Assembly: GCA_004431415.1 (NCBI GenBank)
Contig: QPMI01000259.1
Location: 1-64,000 of the forward strand
Origin: Cyanophora paradoxa CCMP329
Lineage: Eukaryota; Plantae; Glaucophyta
Reading direction: 5' to 3'
DNA length: 64,000 nt
Shown: positions 14,942-25,535 of the stretch, one piece after another
Position numbering within the stretch: the stretch's first letter is position 1
Layout: each line of letters opens with the position of its first letter
Position numbers and translations under genes: made by a program
The notes under the pieces: generated by a model
What the model was told of the DNA's origin: nothing
The model's input: only the letters and a program-made list of their open reading frames with translations
The model's database searches: none

Positions 14942-17900
14942 ATGGAGCCTGCGGTCGGCTGCAGCAGCTGCGAGCGGCTGCAGGCGGAGCGCGACGCGCT
15001 AGCGTCGTCGTTGGAGGAGGCCGAGCGATCGGTAGGGCTCATCTTGGCTACAGCTCTCGCTCTTGCGCACTCATCTCTTCTGCAGCTCGTGAACACGGAG
15101 AAAGACATGGCAGATCAGGTGCCGAGCTTTGTGCGTTGCTGAAGTTGTACGTTCCTGACTGTGCACCACTCGCGGATCAGCTGGAAGAGGCTCAGGCGGA
15201 CCAGGAGGAGCTCCAGCAGATGATTGAGACTCTCAAGAGTCGTCTTCAAGAATCGGAGCGCGTGGCAGAGGCCCACGAGCTGCGCGCAAACTCACTCGAA
15301 ACCGACTTGACCGCTGCCCGGGATACCTTGGCGAGGACCACCGAGCACGCCGATGCTCGATCAAAGATGCTCGAGGCTGAAAAGGCCGCTCTTGAAGCCC
15401 TCGTGGCCAAACAATCGGCTGTGCAGGCGCAGGCAGACGCTTTGCTGCAGGAGCTGCATACGGCGCGCGAGGCCCTCGCGGCGAAGGAGACCGACCTGGC
15501 GGCGACGGCAGAGTCGACGGCGCGTAGCGAAGAGGCCTCGGCGGCGGCGGTGGAGGCGCTTCGGGCGGAGCTCGACGCGGCGCGCGAGGCCCTCGCGGCG
15601 AAGGAGACCGAGCTGGCGGCGGCGGGAGAGTCGACGGCGCGCAGCGAGGAGGCCTCGGCGGCGGCGGTGGAGGCCCTTCGGGCGGAGCTCGACGCGGCGC
15701 GCGAGGCCCTCGCGGCGAAGGAGACCGAGCTGGCGGCGACGTCAGAGTCGACGGCGCGCAGCGAGGAGGCCTCGGCGGCGGCGGTGGAGGCCCTGCGCGC
15801 GGAGCTCGACGCGGCGCGCGAGGCCCTCGCGGCGAAGGAGACCGAGCTGGCGGCGGCGGCAGAGTCGACGGCGCGCAGCGAGGAGGCCTCGGCGGCGGCG
15901 GTGGAGGCCCTGCGCGCGGAGCTCGACGCGGCGCGCGAGGCCCTCGCGGCGAAGGAGACCGAGCTGGCGGCGGCGGCAGAGTCGACGGCGCGCAGCGAGG
16001 AGGCCTCGGCGGCGGCGGTGGAGGCCCTGCGCGCGGAGCTCGACGCGGCGCGCGAGGCCCTCGCGGCGAAGGAGACCGAGCTGGCGGCGACGGCAGAGTC
16101 GACGGCGCGCAGCGAGGAGGCCTCGGCGGCGGCGGTGGAGGCCCTTCGGGCGGAGCTCGACGCGGCGCGCGAGGCCCTCGCGGCGAAGGAGACCGAGCTG
16201 GCGGCGGCGGCAGAGTCGACGACCCGCAGCGAGGAGGCCTCGGCGGCGGCGGTGGAGGCCCTTCGGGCGGAGCTCGACGCGGCGCGCGAGGCCCTCGCGG
16301 CGAAGGAGACCGAGCTGGCGGCGGCGGCAGAGTCGACGGCGCGCAGCGAGGAGGCCTCGGCGGCGGCGGTGGAGGCCCTGCGCATGGAGCTCGACGCGGC
16401 GCGCGAGGCCCTCGCGGCGAAGGAGACCGAGCTGGCGGCGGCGGCAGAGTCGACGGCGCGCAGCGAGGAGGCCTCGGCGGCGGCGGTGGAGGCCCTGCGC
16501 GCGGAGCTCGACGCGGCGCGCGAGGCCCTCGCGGCGAAGGAGACCGAGCTGGCGGCGACGGCAGAGTCGACGGCGCGCAGCGAGGAGGCCTCGGCGGCGG
16601 CGGTGGAGGCCCTTCGGGCGGAGCTCGACGCGGCGCGCGAGGCCCTCGCGGCGAAGGAGACCGAGCTGGCGGCGGCGGCAGAGTCGACGACCCGCAGCGA
16701 GGAGGCCTCGGCGGCGGCGGTGGAGGCCCTTCGGGCGGAGCTCGACGCGGCGCGCGAGGCCCTCGCGGCGAAGGAGACCGAGCTGGCGGCGGCGGCAGAG
16801 TCGACGGCGCGCAGCGAGGAGGCCTCGGCGGCGGCGGTGGAGGCCCTGCGCATGGAGCTCGACGCGGCGCGCGAGGCCCTCGCGGCGAAGGAGACCGAGC
16901 TGGCGGCGGCGGCAGAGTCGACGGCGCGCAGCGAGGAGGCCTCGGCGGCGGCGGTGGAGGCCCTTCGGGCGGAGCTCGACGCGGCGCGCGAGGCCCTCGC
17001 GGCGAAGGAGACCGAGCTGGCGGCGGCGGCAGAGTCCACAGCGCGCAGCGAGGAGGCCTCGGCGGTGGCGGTGGAGGCCCTTCGCGCGGAGCTCAACGCG
17101 GCGCGCGAGGCCCTCGCGGCGAAGGAGACCGAGCTGGCAGCGGCGGCAGAGTCGACGGCGCGCAGCGAGGAGGCCTCGGCGGCGGCGGTGGAGGCCCTGC
17201 GCATGGAGCTCGAGGCGGCGCGTGAAGAAGTGGTGAGATGTTTTTCTTCTTATCTTTGGCGGAAGGCGCCCCTCAGAGGGGAAATAACCCATCGCAGACG
17301 GGAAGAATTCTGTTATTGGATCGCCTCTCAGCTCTCACTGCGGCTGGTGAGCACCTTGAGGCCGCGCTCCAGGAGGCCACCGAGCAAAAGGCTGTCCTTG
17401 AGCTCAAGCTTCAGGACGCTCTTGAGCAGGTTCGTTTCTTAAAAGACTTGTCACTTTTTCACACTCTATCATTTACATTTTTTTCTCGCAGGTGGAGGCC
17501 CTTCGTGCGGAGCTCGATGCAGCACGGGAAGAAGCAGAACAACAGTCCGGGGCTGTTGCACGTATGGTATATAAAATGTTTTTAGGGCATCCCCCAGAAC
17601 AAGATTGGAATCTCTAGCCTCTAACACTCCATCAAATCCAGGCTTTGGAACTTGATGAATTCGCACAGCTGAAGGACGACCAGCTGAAGGTCCAATCGGA
17701 GATTCATGCCCTCGCTGCCCGATACGAGGCCGAGCTAGCAGTGCTTCGGGCATCAAGCATCGATTCCGTAAACCGTGCCAACGAGCTCTCTGCAGTGCGT
17801 GCGGATTTGGAAGACCATGCTGCAGACCTCTCGAAGAGGTACATCTGCATTTATGATAACACGTCTCCGGAATTTACGTGGAATTGCAGGCTGGCCGCCG

Positions 17901-20285
17901 CACAGCACTTGGTCGCAGAACTGCAGAAAGCCTCAGAAGAATCGGCTGCAGCTCTGGAAGAAGCCCGAGCTCGTCTGGATGCAGGTGCAGCCAGTGAGGC
18001 GATTCTGCGGGAGGCACTGTCAGCATTGGAGGGCAATGTAAAGACGATGAAAGAAGAGGCAGAGTCGACGGCGCGCAGCGAGGAGGCCTCGGCGGCGGCG
18101 GTGGAGGCCCTTCGCGCGGAGCTCGACGCGGCGCGCGAGGCCCTCGCGGCGAAGGAGACCGAGCTGGCGGCGGCGGCAGAGTCGACAGCGCGCAGCGAGG
18201 AGGCCTCGGCGGCGGCGGTGGAGGCCCTGCGCGCGGAGCTCGACGCGGCGCGCGAGGCCCTCGCGGCGAAGGAGACCGAGCTGGCGGCAACGGCAGAGTC
18301 GACGGCGCGTAGCGAAGAGGCCTCGGCGGCGGCGGTGGAGGCCCTGCGCGCGGAGCTCGACGCGGCGCGCGAGGCCCTCGCGGCGACGGAGACCGAGCTG
18401 GCGGCGGCGGCAGAGTCGACGGCGCGCAGCGAGGAGGCCTCGGCGGCGGCGGTGGAGGCCCTTCGCGCGGAGCTCGACGCGGCGCGCGAGTCCCTCGCGG
18501 CGAAGGAGACCGAGCTGGCGGCGGCGGCAGAGTCCACGGCGCGCAGCGAGGAGGCCTCGGCGGCGGCGGTGGAGGCCCTTCGGGCGGAGCTCGACGCGGC
18601 GCGCGAGGCCCTCGCGGCGAAGGAGACCGAGCTGGCTGCGGCGCTTGAGCATGCAAATGCACGTATTTCAATGGTAATCGCAATCGATCTATTTAATCGC
18701 GGTTCAGCCCTGACAATTTTCAGATGGAAGAGGAATCACGGTTGCAGTCCACCAAAGTGGAGAAGGTGAGACAAATAGAAAGAGCTGTGTGATTGACACT
18801 CTGAGGTACAAATCTCAGCTTACCGAAAATGCAACAAAGCTCGAGGAAGAGATCGCTTCAGCGAAAGCCAAGAATCTGAAGCGAGAAGAAGATTTCGCTC
18901 AGGTAAGAAGCCTGTTCACTTCAATCGTAATCGAAATCAACGACTCTGGCCGCTTTTATCCGCAGCTTTCACACGAGCATCGCTTGATACAATCGGAGAT
19001 TCAGACTCTGGAGACTGATGCAGCTGCAATCATGCGCGAGTCTGAACGCCGGGCAGCTGAGAGCATGGCAAAATTGCAGTGCGCTGCTACGATTTGCTGG
19101 CGACTTCCTGATCATAAACATCGTATCCAGGGAAGCGGTGGCCGCAAAGGAGGCGCTGGAAACTACCGCTCAGCTGTTCAAGGACATGCTCACGCAGTCT
19201 GAGCGGTGTGAACTTGCGGTTTGAATTCGTGTCCAGATGCAGGTTGTTCATGGTTTGCCGCAGGACGTTCGCTCAGGAGAAGACAGATCTTGAAGCAGAA
19301 TTGCGTCGCGCAAAGGCTCAAGTGCGAGCACTGCAAGACCGCGTGAAGCAGGTGGAGGCAGACACAGAGGGGCTTGGGCATGAGATTGCCACACTCCAAG
19401 CACAGCTCAGAGCGACAGAGGCTTCTTTGAAGGATGCATCCATTGCCCTCAAGGTTGCTAAAGAAGAACTACACTCGTATGAAACTCAAATTGCGGAGGC
19501 TCGCGAGCTTAAAGACACAGTGGAGCGCCTAAGTGACGAGGTATGATGATTGTTTTGAAAATTGCTTAAATAACTGTGTTGCCAGATGGGCGCCCTGCGA
19601 TCGGAGTACAAACATGCTAAGGCTGTGGCCGAGTCCGCTGCTGCCGCTGCTGCCGCAGCAGCCGAGGAGTCAGCGGCTGTGCAGGCAGAGGCGTCACGCC
19701 TGCGTGAGCAGATGGAAGACCAACTTCGCCTACTTGTCAAGGGCCACGCAGCCGAAGTCTCTGAGTTGAGCTCAAGAGTTGAGGATGCGGAGGCAGAAGC
19801 TGGTTCGCTCGAATTAAGCTCTGCTTGTCGGCACCTGCCTCGAGGGTGCCATCCTGATTTACTTTCGAATTCAGAGGAAATGATGATGAAGTATGGCTCG
19901 CTTCTTCAGAAACGGAAGGTGTGTGATGGCTTATTTTAGGGATCCTATCGCTTGTTCAAGAAAAGGAATTCAAACCAGTTTTTTAATGTCCTTTAAAAAA
20001 GCTCTGACTCTGACTGCTCGCCATTTCCTTGTTCGTTGCTTGCAGGACGATGAACTCAAAATTGCAGCCCTCGAGGCTCAACTGCAGCTGGCCGTGGCGC
20101 ATCAGAGCCCTAAGCCAGGAGACGAAGCCACCATCCGTCCTGCCAAGCGCCCAGCGGACGTGGCGTCATCCCCCCTTCCCCAGAAGAAAGCTGCTCAAGA
20201 GAATGCTAATGCCCTTCCCCCCGTTGGAGGTTCGAAGGAAGCGGCAGGCCCTCGAGCGCCGCTTCGAGTCATGTCCGCAAAGTGA
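14942..20285 (+). CDS. Large coiled-coil protein with 39-aa tandem repeats
   Basis: In-frame spliced model from MEPAVGCSSCERLQAERD to ...RAPLRVMSAK*. A/E/L-rich heptad-like sequence throughout, with GT-AG introns. Confidence 0.85.
15451..17220 (+). repeat. 117-bp coding tandem repeat, ~15 copies (ELDAAREALAAKETELAAAAESTARSEEASAAAVEALRA)
   Basis: Near-identical units directly visible. Confidence 0.97.
18058..18640 (+). repeat. Second array of the same 117-bp repeat, ~5 copies
   Basis: Same unit, separated from the first array by unique exons and introns. Confidence 0.95.
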
Positions 20286-20419
20286 CCCTATGTGGTGTAC
20301 GCTAGCTAGCTGCATCTGTGAACTACGCCTGTATGAGCGAAGATACACTACTTTGGATATTTCCTCCTATGAGAACGCATTAGAGGGCTCCCTATTTCCT
20401 TTTCATTCATATCAGAGAG

Positions 20420-20770
20420 GCGATTAGAGGGCTGGGCGACAGTCAATAATATAAGGTTGGACTGGACGTTTCTTTTTTGATTGCGATTACGATGAGAGGG
20501 CTGGGCGACCGCTAAGGTTGGCCGTCTTTTGATTGGACGTTAGAGGGCTGGGCGATATGTAGCTAATTTTATAAGGTTGGACGTCGACATCTTTGATGTT
20601 GATTACGATATCGACTGGGGGTCGGGCGAATTTCGAATTCGAAGCTAGCCCGTATAGGTAAGCCTTGAAGATTGGACGTCTAGATCTTTGATTTCCGAGT
20701 TCGATTACGAGAAGGGGTCGCCGAGTCGGGCCCCGGGGCGAAGCTAATTTTAGGGTCTTTGATTTTCGTC
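20420..20770 (+). repeat. Degenerate modular repeat cluster (TAGAGGGCTGGGCGA / AAGGTTGGACGTC / TTTGATTNCGATTACGAT)
   Basis: Modules recur 3-4 times here and elsewhere (24965-25108; reverse at 12730, 13075-13150, 39747-39866). Confidence 0.7.
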
Positions 20771-21187
20771 TAGGCCTGGGAGGCCCTGAGGGATCCGGAA
20801 CGGCCGGGCCCATGGCCAGCTGCAGGGGCGGTAACGGTGAGGGCCGCACCGTGGCACCTTAAGCTTCGAATTTTTATGTGTATACGTAGCCCAGACAGGC
20901 GTAGGTCACAGCTGCAGATGCATATGCATATGCATGCAGCTAGCTATCCCCCCCACTGGGCCAGCCTGGAAATGGAGCCCCAGAGGAACTCGGAACAGGC
21001 GCTCGAATCGATACTATGATATCAGCGGAAAGCGGAAGAGGAACTTCGGAATCAAAGAATTCGAAAGCGGAAGAGGGACCGGCCGTACCGGAGCTCGAAC
21101 TCGGAAAGCGGAAACAGCCTGGAAACGTTAACAGCCTGGCAGATCTAGCTATCATAGTATATATATATATAGAATCCCCTTACAAGT

Positions 21188-22510
21188 TAGGGGCTCCCTC
21201 CACCACCCCGAGACGACCCCTGCCGCCACAAGACGCGATGCAGCACCACTGGCCATGGGCCACGCCGTGCGGGCACCTAGGCCTATATAGCTAGCTAGCG
21301 CTAGCGCTAGCTAGACCTAGAGTGTCCGCGGGGAGGCGCATGCACATATGCATTACTCTCCTTAGGCCTAGGCCTAGGGGTATCAGGGCAATCAGGGACA
21401 CAAGAGCGCATTCTGCTAGAAAGATAATTGCATAACTCGGTTGGGGAGTGTGTGTTGTGCTATGGCGGGGCGAGGGGGGGAGCGCGCTACGCGCCAGCTG
21501 GCATAATTAAAGAGGCCCTTACATAGAGCAGTTCGGCTTTTCGGCTCGTGATGGAGCGCGCACGGGATCGCGTTGACATGCGGCGGCGGCGCGAGGGCGA
21601 CGAACCGCCAGATGCGCCGCGCCGGCTATCGATCGCCCGCGGTGAGCGAACCGAGCACGATGCAAAGTGAGCCACGGACCTATAACAGTAGCTGTACATG
21701 TGCCGCGATGTGCGGCGTGTAGTCGCCGTGTACTGCGGCGGCGAGCGGGGCCAGATGGAGGCGCCAGATATAGCGGCGGCGCCTGGGGAGTGCGACGCGC
21801 TCGAGCGTTTCGCACACCGGGCGATGTGTGGCTGGAGCTGGTGCCTCGTAACGCTGTCCCCCCCGGTTTTGGGCAGCCCCAAAACCGGCGCTGGCGCGGC
21901 GGCGGCAGCGCGGAGGACCCGAAGCGGTACACAGCGCAATCGTTGCGCTGTACCGCGCATGCATAACGCGACCAGAGCGCTAGCAGCGCGGACTGCATGA
22001 CGGAATCGCTGTCCCCCCCCTCCGCAAGCGGGCGCGCGGGACCTTGGCGCGCGGGCGCGCAGCGGGGATCCGCTAGCAAAAAGGACCTATGCGCGCCGAT
22101 TCCCTAGCACTCGTGTAGCTGTCTTGCCGATCCCGCGCCGCGAATCCCGCGCCCGCAGTGGTCGAAAATCGATGGTAACGGCGCTAGACGCCACCACTTG
22201 CGAACTGCTCTATGTAAGGGCCTCTTTAATTATGCCAGCTGGCGCGTAGCGCGCTCCCCCCCTCGCCCCGCCATGCCACAACACGTGCACACACTCCCCA
22301 ACCGAGTTATGCAATTAACTTTCTGGGTAGTATGCGCACCTAGGTCCCTAGCATAGGGGGCCACGCAGGGCCCGGGCCCGGCGCCCGACTGGCCAGTTCG
22401 CTGCTGGGCTGGACCCGCACGGCCGCGGTCGCGCGCGGCGGCCGCAGTGTACGTACACCCCACACTGTGAGACTTGTAGCCCGGACTTGCGGTTTGAATT
22501 CGTGTCCAAA
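21188..22510 (+). mobile_element. Copy of a ~280-bp dispersed GC-rich element, split by a nested insertion
   Basis: 21188-21365 matches the 5' half and 22354-22510 the 3' half of the intact copy at 25110-25388. Confidence 0.75.
21406..22338. mobile_element. Non-autonomous TIR (MITE/foldback-like) element
   Basis: ~110-130-bp inverted repeats: 21425-21535 is the reverse complement of 22201-22317, extending imperfectly to GCGCA/TGCGC. No convincing ORF inside. Confidence 0.8.
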
Positions 22511-22553
22511 TATTAATGCTATCCACTAATAGCATTGGATATAGTATAGTATA

Positions 22554-22727
22554 GCTTGCGTGTACTATACTGGCAACACATCGCTTCAAGATTTGAGATG
22601 CGTACGGGCTACAGCAGATCACGTGAATCAACGCCTACGCATGCTTGCGTGTACTATACTGGCAACACATCGCTTCAAGATTTGAGATGCGTACGGGCTA
22701 CAGCAGATCACGTGAATCAACGCCTAC
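22554..22727 (+). repeat. Direct tandem duplication, 89-bp period, 2 copies
   Basis: GCTTGCGTGTACTATACTGG...CAACGCCTACG begins at both 22554 and 22643. Confidence 0.95.
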
Positions 22728-23494
22728 GTATGCGCAGGCAAATCGAAATTGAAAATCGAAATCTATCGCTCGAAAATCCCGCGCGGCCTAGGCCGTTGCG
22801 GGGGTGGAACGGTACTCTCCTTACGGGCCTCACAGGGAATGGCCGGGCCGGCAACGGCGAGGGCCGCACCTTCCTATGTGTCGCCCACACAGGCTAGGTC
22901 ACAGATGCAGCTAGCTATCCGCTAGCTTGCGTGTCTACGTCGAACGCAATCAGCACGAGATCCCCACCTGTCGGCAACTCCTCGTTGGCGCTGTGCGTGC
23001 GGTGGGGCTGCGGACACACAATCCGTCACAATCGGGAGATGACCGAGCTCTGAACACACACGATCCACTGAAGCGCACCTCAATCGGAGTCATTTCCTTT
23101 CGCGCTGTCCTTGCCGTTCGCCCACCGCAGTTCATCTCGAACGGAGATGAGCGAGGTCTTAACATCCGTCGGCAGCACACCCCACAAGCCGCTCTGCTCA
23201 ACATCCTTCACGAAGCGCTCCATCTTCGCGAGCGCGCGGGCCCCCGAGATGCGTTTGTTGCGTGCGCACTCCATACCTACGTGCTGCAGCTGGAGAGCGG
23301 CTCTGCAGCGCAGCCGCAGCCGCAGCTGGCGCAGCCGCCGCAGCGGAAAGGGGGCTACACGTTCACTAAGCTCGAAGCCTTGAAGCCTGACCCGGTTCGC
23401 TGCCGGGAAGAAAGTGCGGTATCGTTATATCAGATCGCAGGGAGCCGCTTCGTTAGCTAGAGCGGTCGTACGTGTCGCTGCGCGTGCGCTGAGG

Positions 23495-24933
23495 ATGGGA
23501 GGCGAGCGCGGCGAGCTCAAGGAGCGGGAGAGCGAGAGGTCAAAAGAGCGTGATAGGTCGAAAGATCGCAGCGAAGAAAGCGAAAGATCAAAAGAGCGCG
23601 GTCACAGGAAACGCTCAAAGAGCAGAAGCAGGAGCAGGAGCCGCGACCGAAGCCGCGAGCGCGGCAGATCGTCGAGCTCTTCGTCTTCGTCTTCTTCTTC
23701 GTCCTCGGACGAGAGGCGCAAACGCAAGGTTCGGAAACAACGGAATGTGCCGCGTCGCCGTCCCGACCACGCTTCACAGGAGAGAAAGAAGAGAAAAAAG
23801 GAGAAGAAGGAGAAGCGCAAAGCTGAGAAAAAAGTTGATTCGATTTGATCAACTTGTCTCCGATTTTTGTCCCCGATTCGACTCGCAGGCCCGCAAGGAG
23901 CGCAAAACAAAATCCAAAGAAGGTGTTAGGGTTGGGGTTAGGGTTAGGGTTAGGGTTCGGTCATCCTGGCTCGTTCACACGCTGATTCTCGTTTCAGCTG
24001 ACTCCGGTCCGCGCCGAGGCGTCTACGGCTCGTACGGCGTGATCACGGAGTCCGACGTCTTCCGCTTGAGACCAGAGTTTGAGAGCTGGTTAATGGGTGC
24101 GTGTTCTAACAACGGAGCCGAGCCTGACCAGTTCGCTGGTAGGCTGGGCCCGCGGCCGCGGTGGCCGCAGTGTACATCCCACACTTGTAGCCCGGACCTG
24201 CGTTTTAGTACGTGTCCAAATGCGAGCCGAACTGATTTCAGCGGTAGAGCACAAGCACGTGCAACCGGAATCCCTCAAGCCAATGGAGGCAAAAAAGCTT
24301 TTCGTAGATTATATGGTGAGCTCACTTAAACTGCTCCCTTTTCTTTCCACAACTAGTGGATCCCTAGCGGGCCTTGCACACCCCATTAGGGTCCTCTGCA
24401 GTCTTTTCATACCCAGTCTTGCTGACGTGGGCTTGTCTTCTACTCTGTGTCAGGAGGACTTCAACACGGCTACCATGCCCCACGAGAAATTGTGATCCCC
24501 TGATTTGTATTCCGCACCTCTCGCTGATTGAATCGCAGCTATAATTTGGAGAGATGGGAACATAAACAGAGGGTTGTCGAGTTTCAGCGCAAGAAGAACG
24601 AAATGCAAGGGCTCCACGATGATGGCCAGGGTCGCGTTGTTTTTGACGACGAGGAAGAACTAAGAGCTCAACGGAAAAGAGGCGAGCCCGCTCTTGCTCT
24701 AGCTTCTTGCCACTCATCGTTTGAAAACTCGCAGCAAGGGAACAACGCGAGGAACTAGAGCAAAAGGCTCGTATCGCCGAGGCTCGCCAGGCAGCGGTGA
24801 GTTGTTTTATCATCTAAAAACGCAGTTTTGCCTTGTCTTCCGCTGATGCATGTACACCTTGCAGCTCGATCGTGAGAGAGAGAGCATAATGCGCATCGCG
24901 GAAGCCGCCACAACTCGCCTCAAGAAGAAGTGA
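23495..24933 (+). CDS. Conserved uncharacterised protein with an SR/K-rich N-terminus (putative nuclear nucleic-acid-binding protein)
   Basis: RS dipeptides and poly-K, then YGSYGVITESDVFRLRPEFESWL...LFVDYMEDFNTATMPHEKFYNLERWE. This resembles a plant/fungal/protist family motif (YGII.E.D...KRPEF..WL...EDxNTAT.P..KYY.L). Confidence 0.8.
23926..23955 (+). repeat. Interstitial telomeric repeat (TTAGGG-like x5) inside intron 23923-23997
   Basis: TTAGGG TTGGGG TTAGGG TTAGGG TTAGGG begins 3 nt into the intron (after GTG). Confidence 0.95.
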
Positions 24934-25036
24934 AAGCCATATAACCACCTGTCACCCCCTGTCAGAGATTTGTGATTACGATTAGGACGTCTTGCTCGCT
25001 CTGACCAGGCGCTGGGCAAAAAAGAAGAGAGACGGC

Positions 25037-25108
25037 TTTGATTTGCGATTACGATTAGGACGTCTTTGATTTGCGATTACGATTAGGACGTCTTTGATTT
25101 GCGATTAC
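25037..25108 (+). repeat. 28-bp tandem repeat TTTGATTTGCGATTACGATTAGGACGTC (~2.6 copies)
   Basis: Directly visible; abuts the GC-rich dispersed element. Confidence 0.9.
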
Positions 25109-25109
25109 A

Positions 25110-25388
25110 GGCCCCCAGGGCCCGTAGGGGCTCCCGCCACCGCCCTGAGACGACCCCCGCCGCCACAAGACGCGATGCATATGAAGCACCCGCCGTGCAG
25201 ACACCGGTACCTGTATACGCTACAGCTAGCTAGAATGTCCGCAGGGAGGCGCATTACTCTCCTTAGGGGGCCACGCAGGGCCCGGCTGGCCAGTTTGCTG
25301 GTGGGCTGGGCCCGTGGTCGCGGCGGCCGCATTGTACATCCCACACTTGTAGCCTGGACTTGGCGGTTTGAATTCGCGTCCAAATGCT
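25110..25388 (+). mobile_element. Intact copy of the dispersed ~280-bp GC-rich element (SINE- or Helitron-like, unclassified)
   Basis: Homologous copies at 21188-22510, 24118-24222, 31116-31238, 40004-40287 (reverse) and a fragment at 19212-19240. It ends in a GGAC..GCG-loop-CGC..GTCC hairpin. Confidence 0.75.
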
Positions 25389-25535
25389 AGCATCCTAGCA
25401 TCAAATGCACCCCCGGCGCCCACATTCCAACACCCACATGCATGATCATGAGCGCAAGCGAGGCGCCCCCTCCAACAATCACAGAACTCTGTTCGGTTCA
25501 ACACTGGCCTCGGTTTGGATCAACAATCACAGAAC

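Noticed and set aside
15246-18683. Long alternative-frame and antisense ORFs over the 117-bp arrays
   Set aside because: By-product of a stop-free GC-rich tandem repeat.
23080-23223. 47-aa minus-strand ORF MERFVKDVEQSGLWG..., divergent from the 23495 gene
   Set aside because: Its position fits the head-to-head pattern, but there is no recognisable motif or secure exon structure. Not called without RNA evidence.
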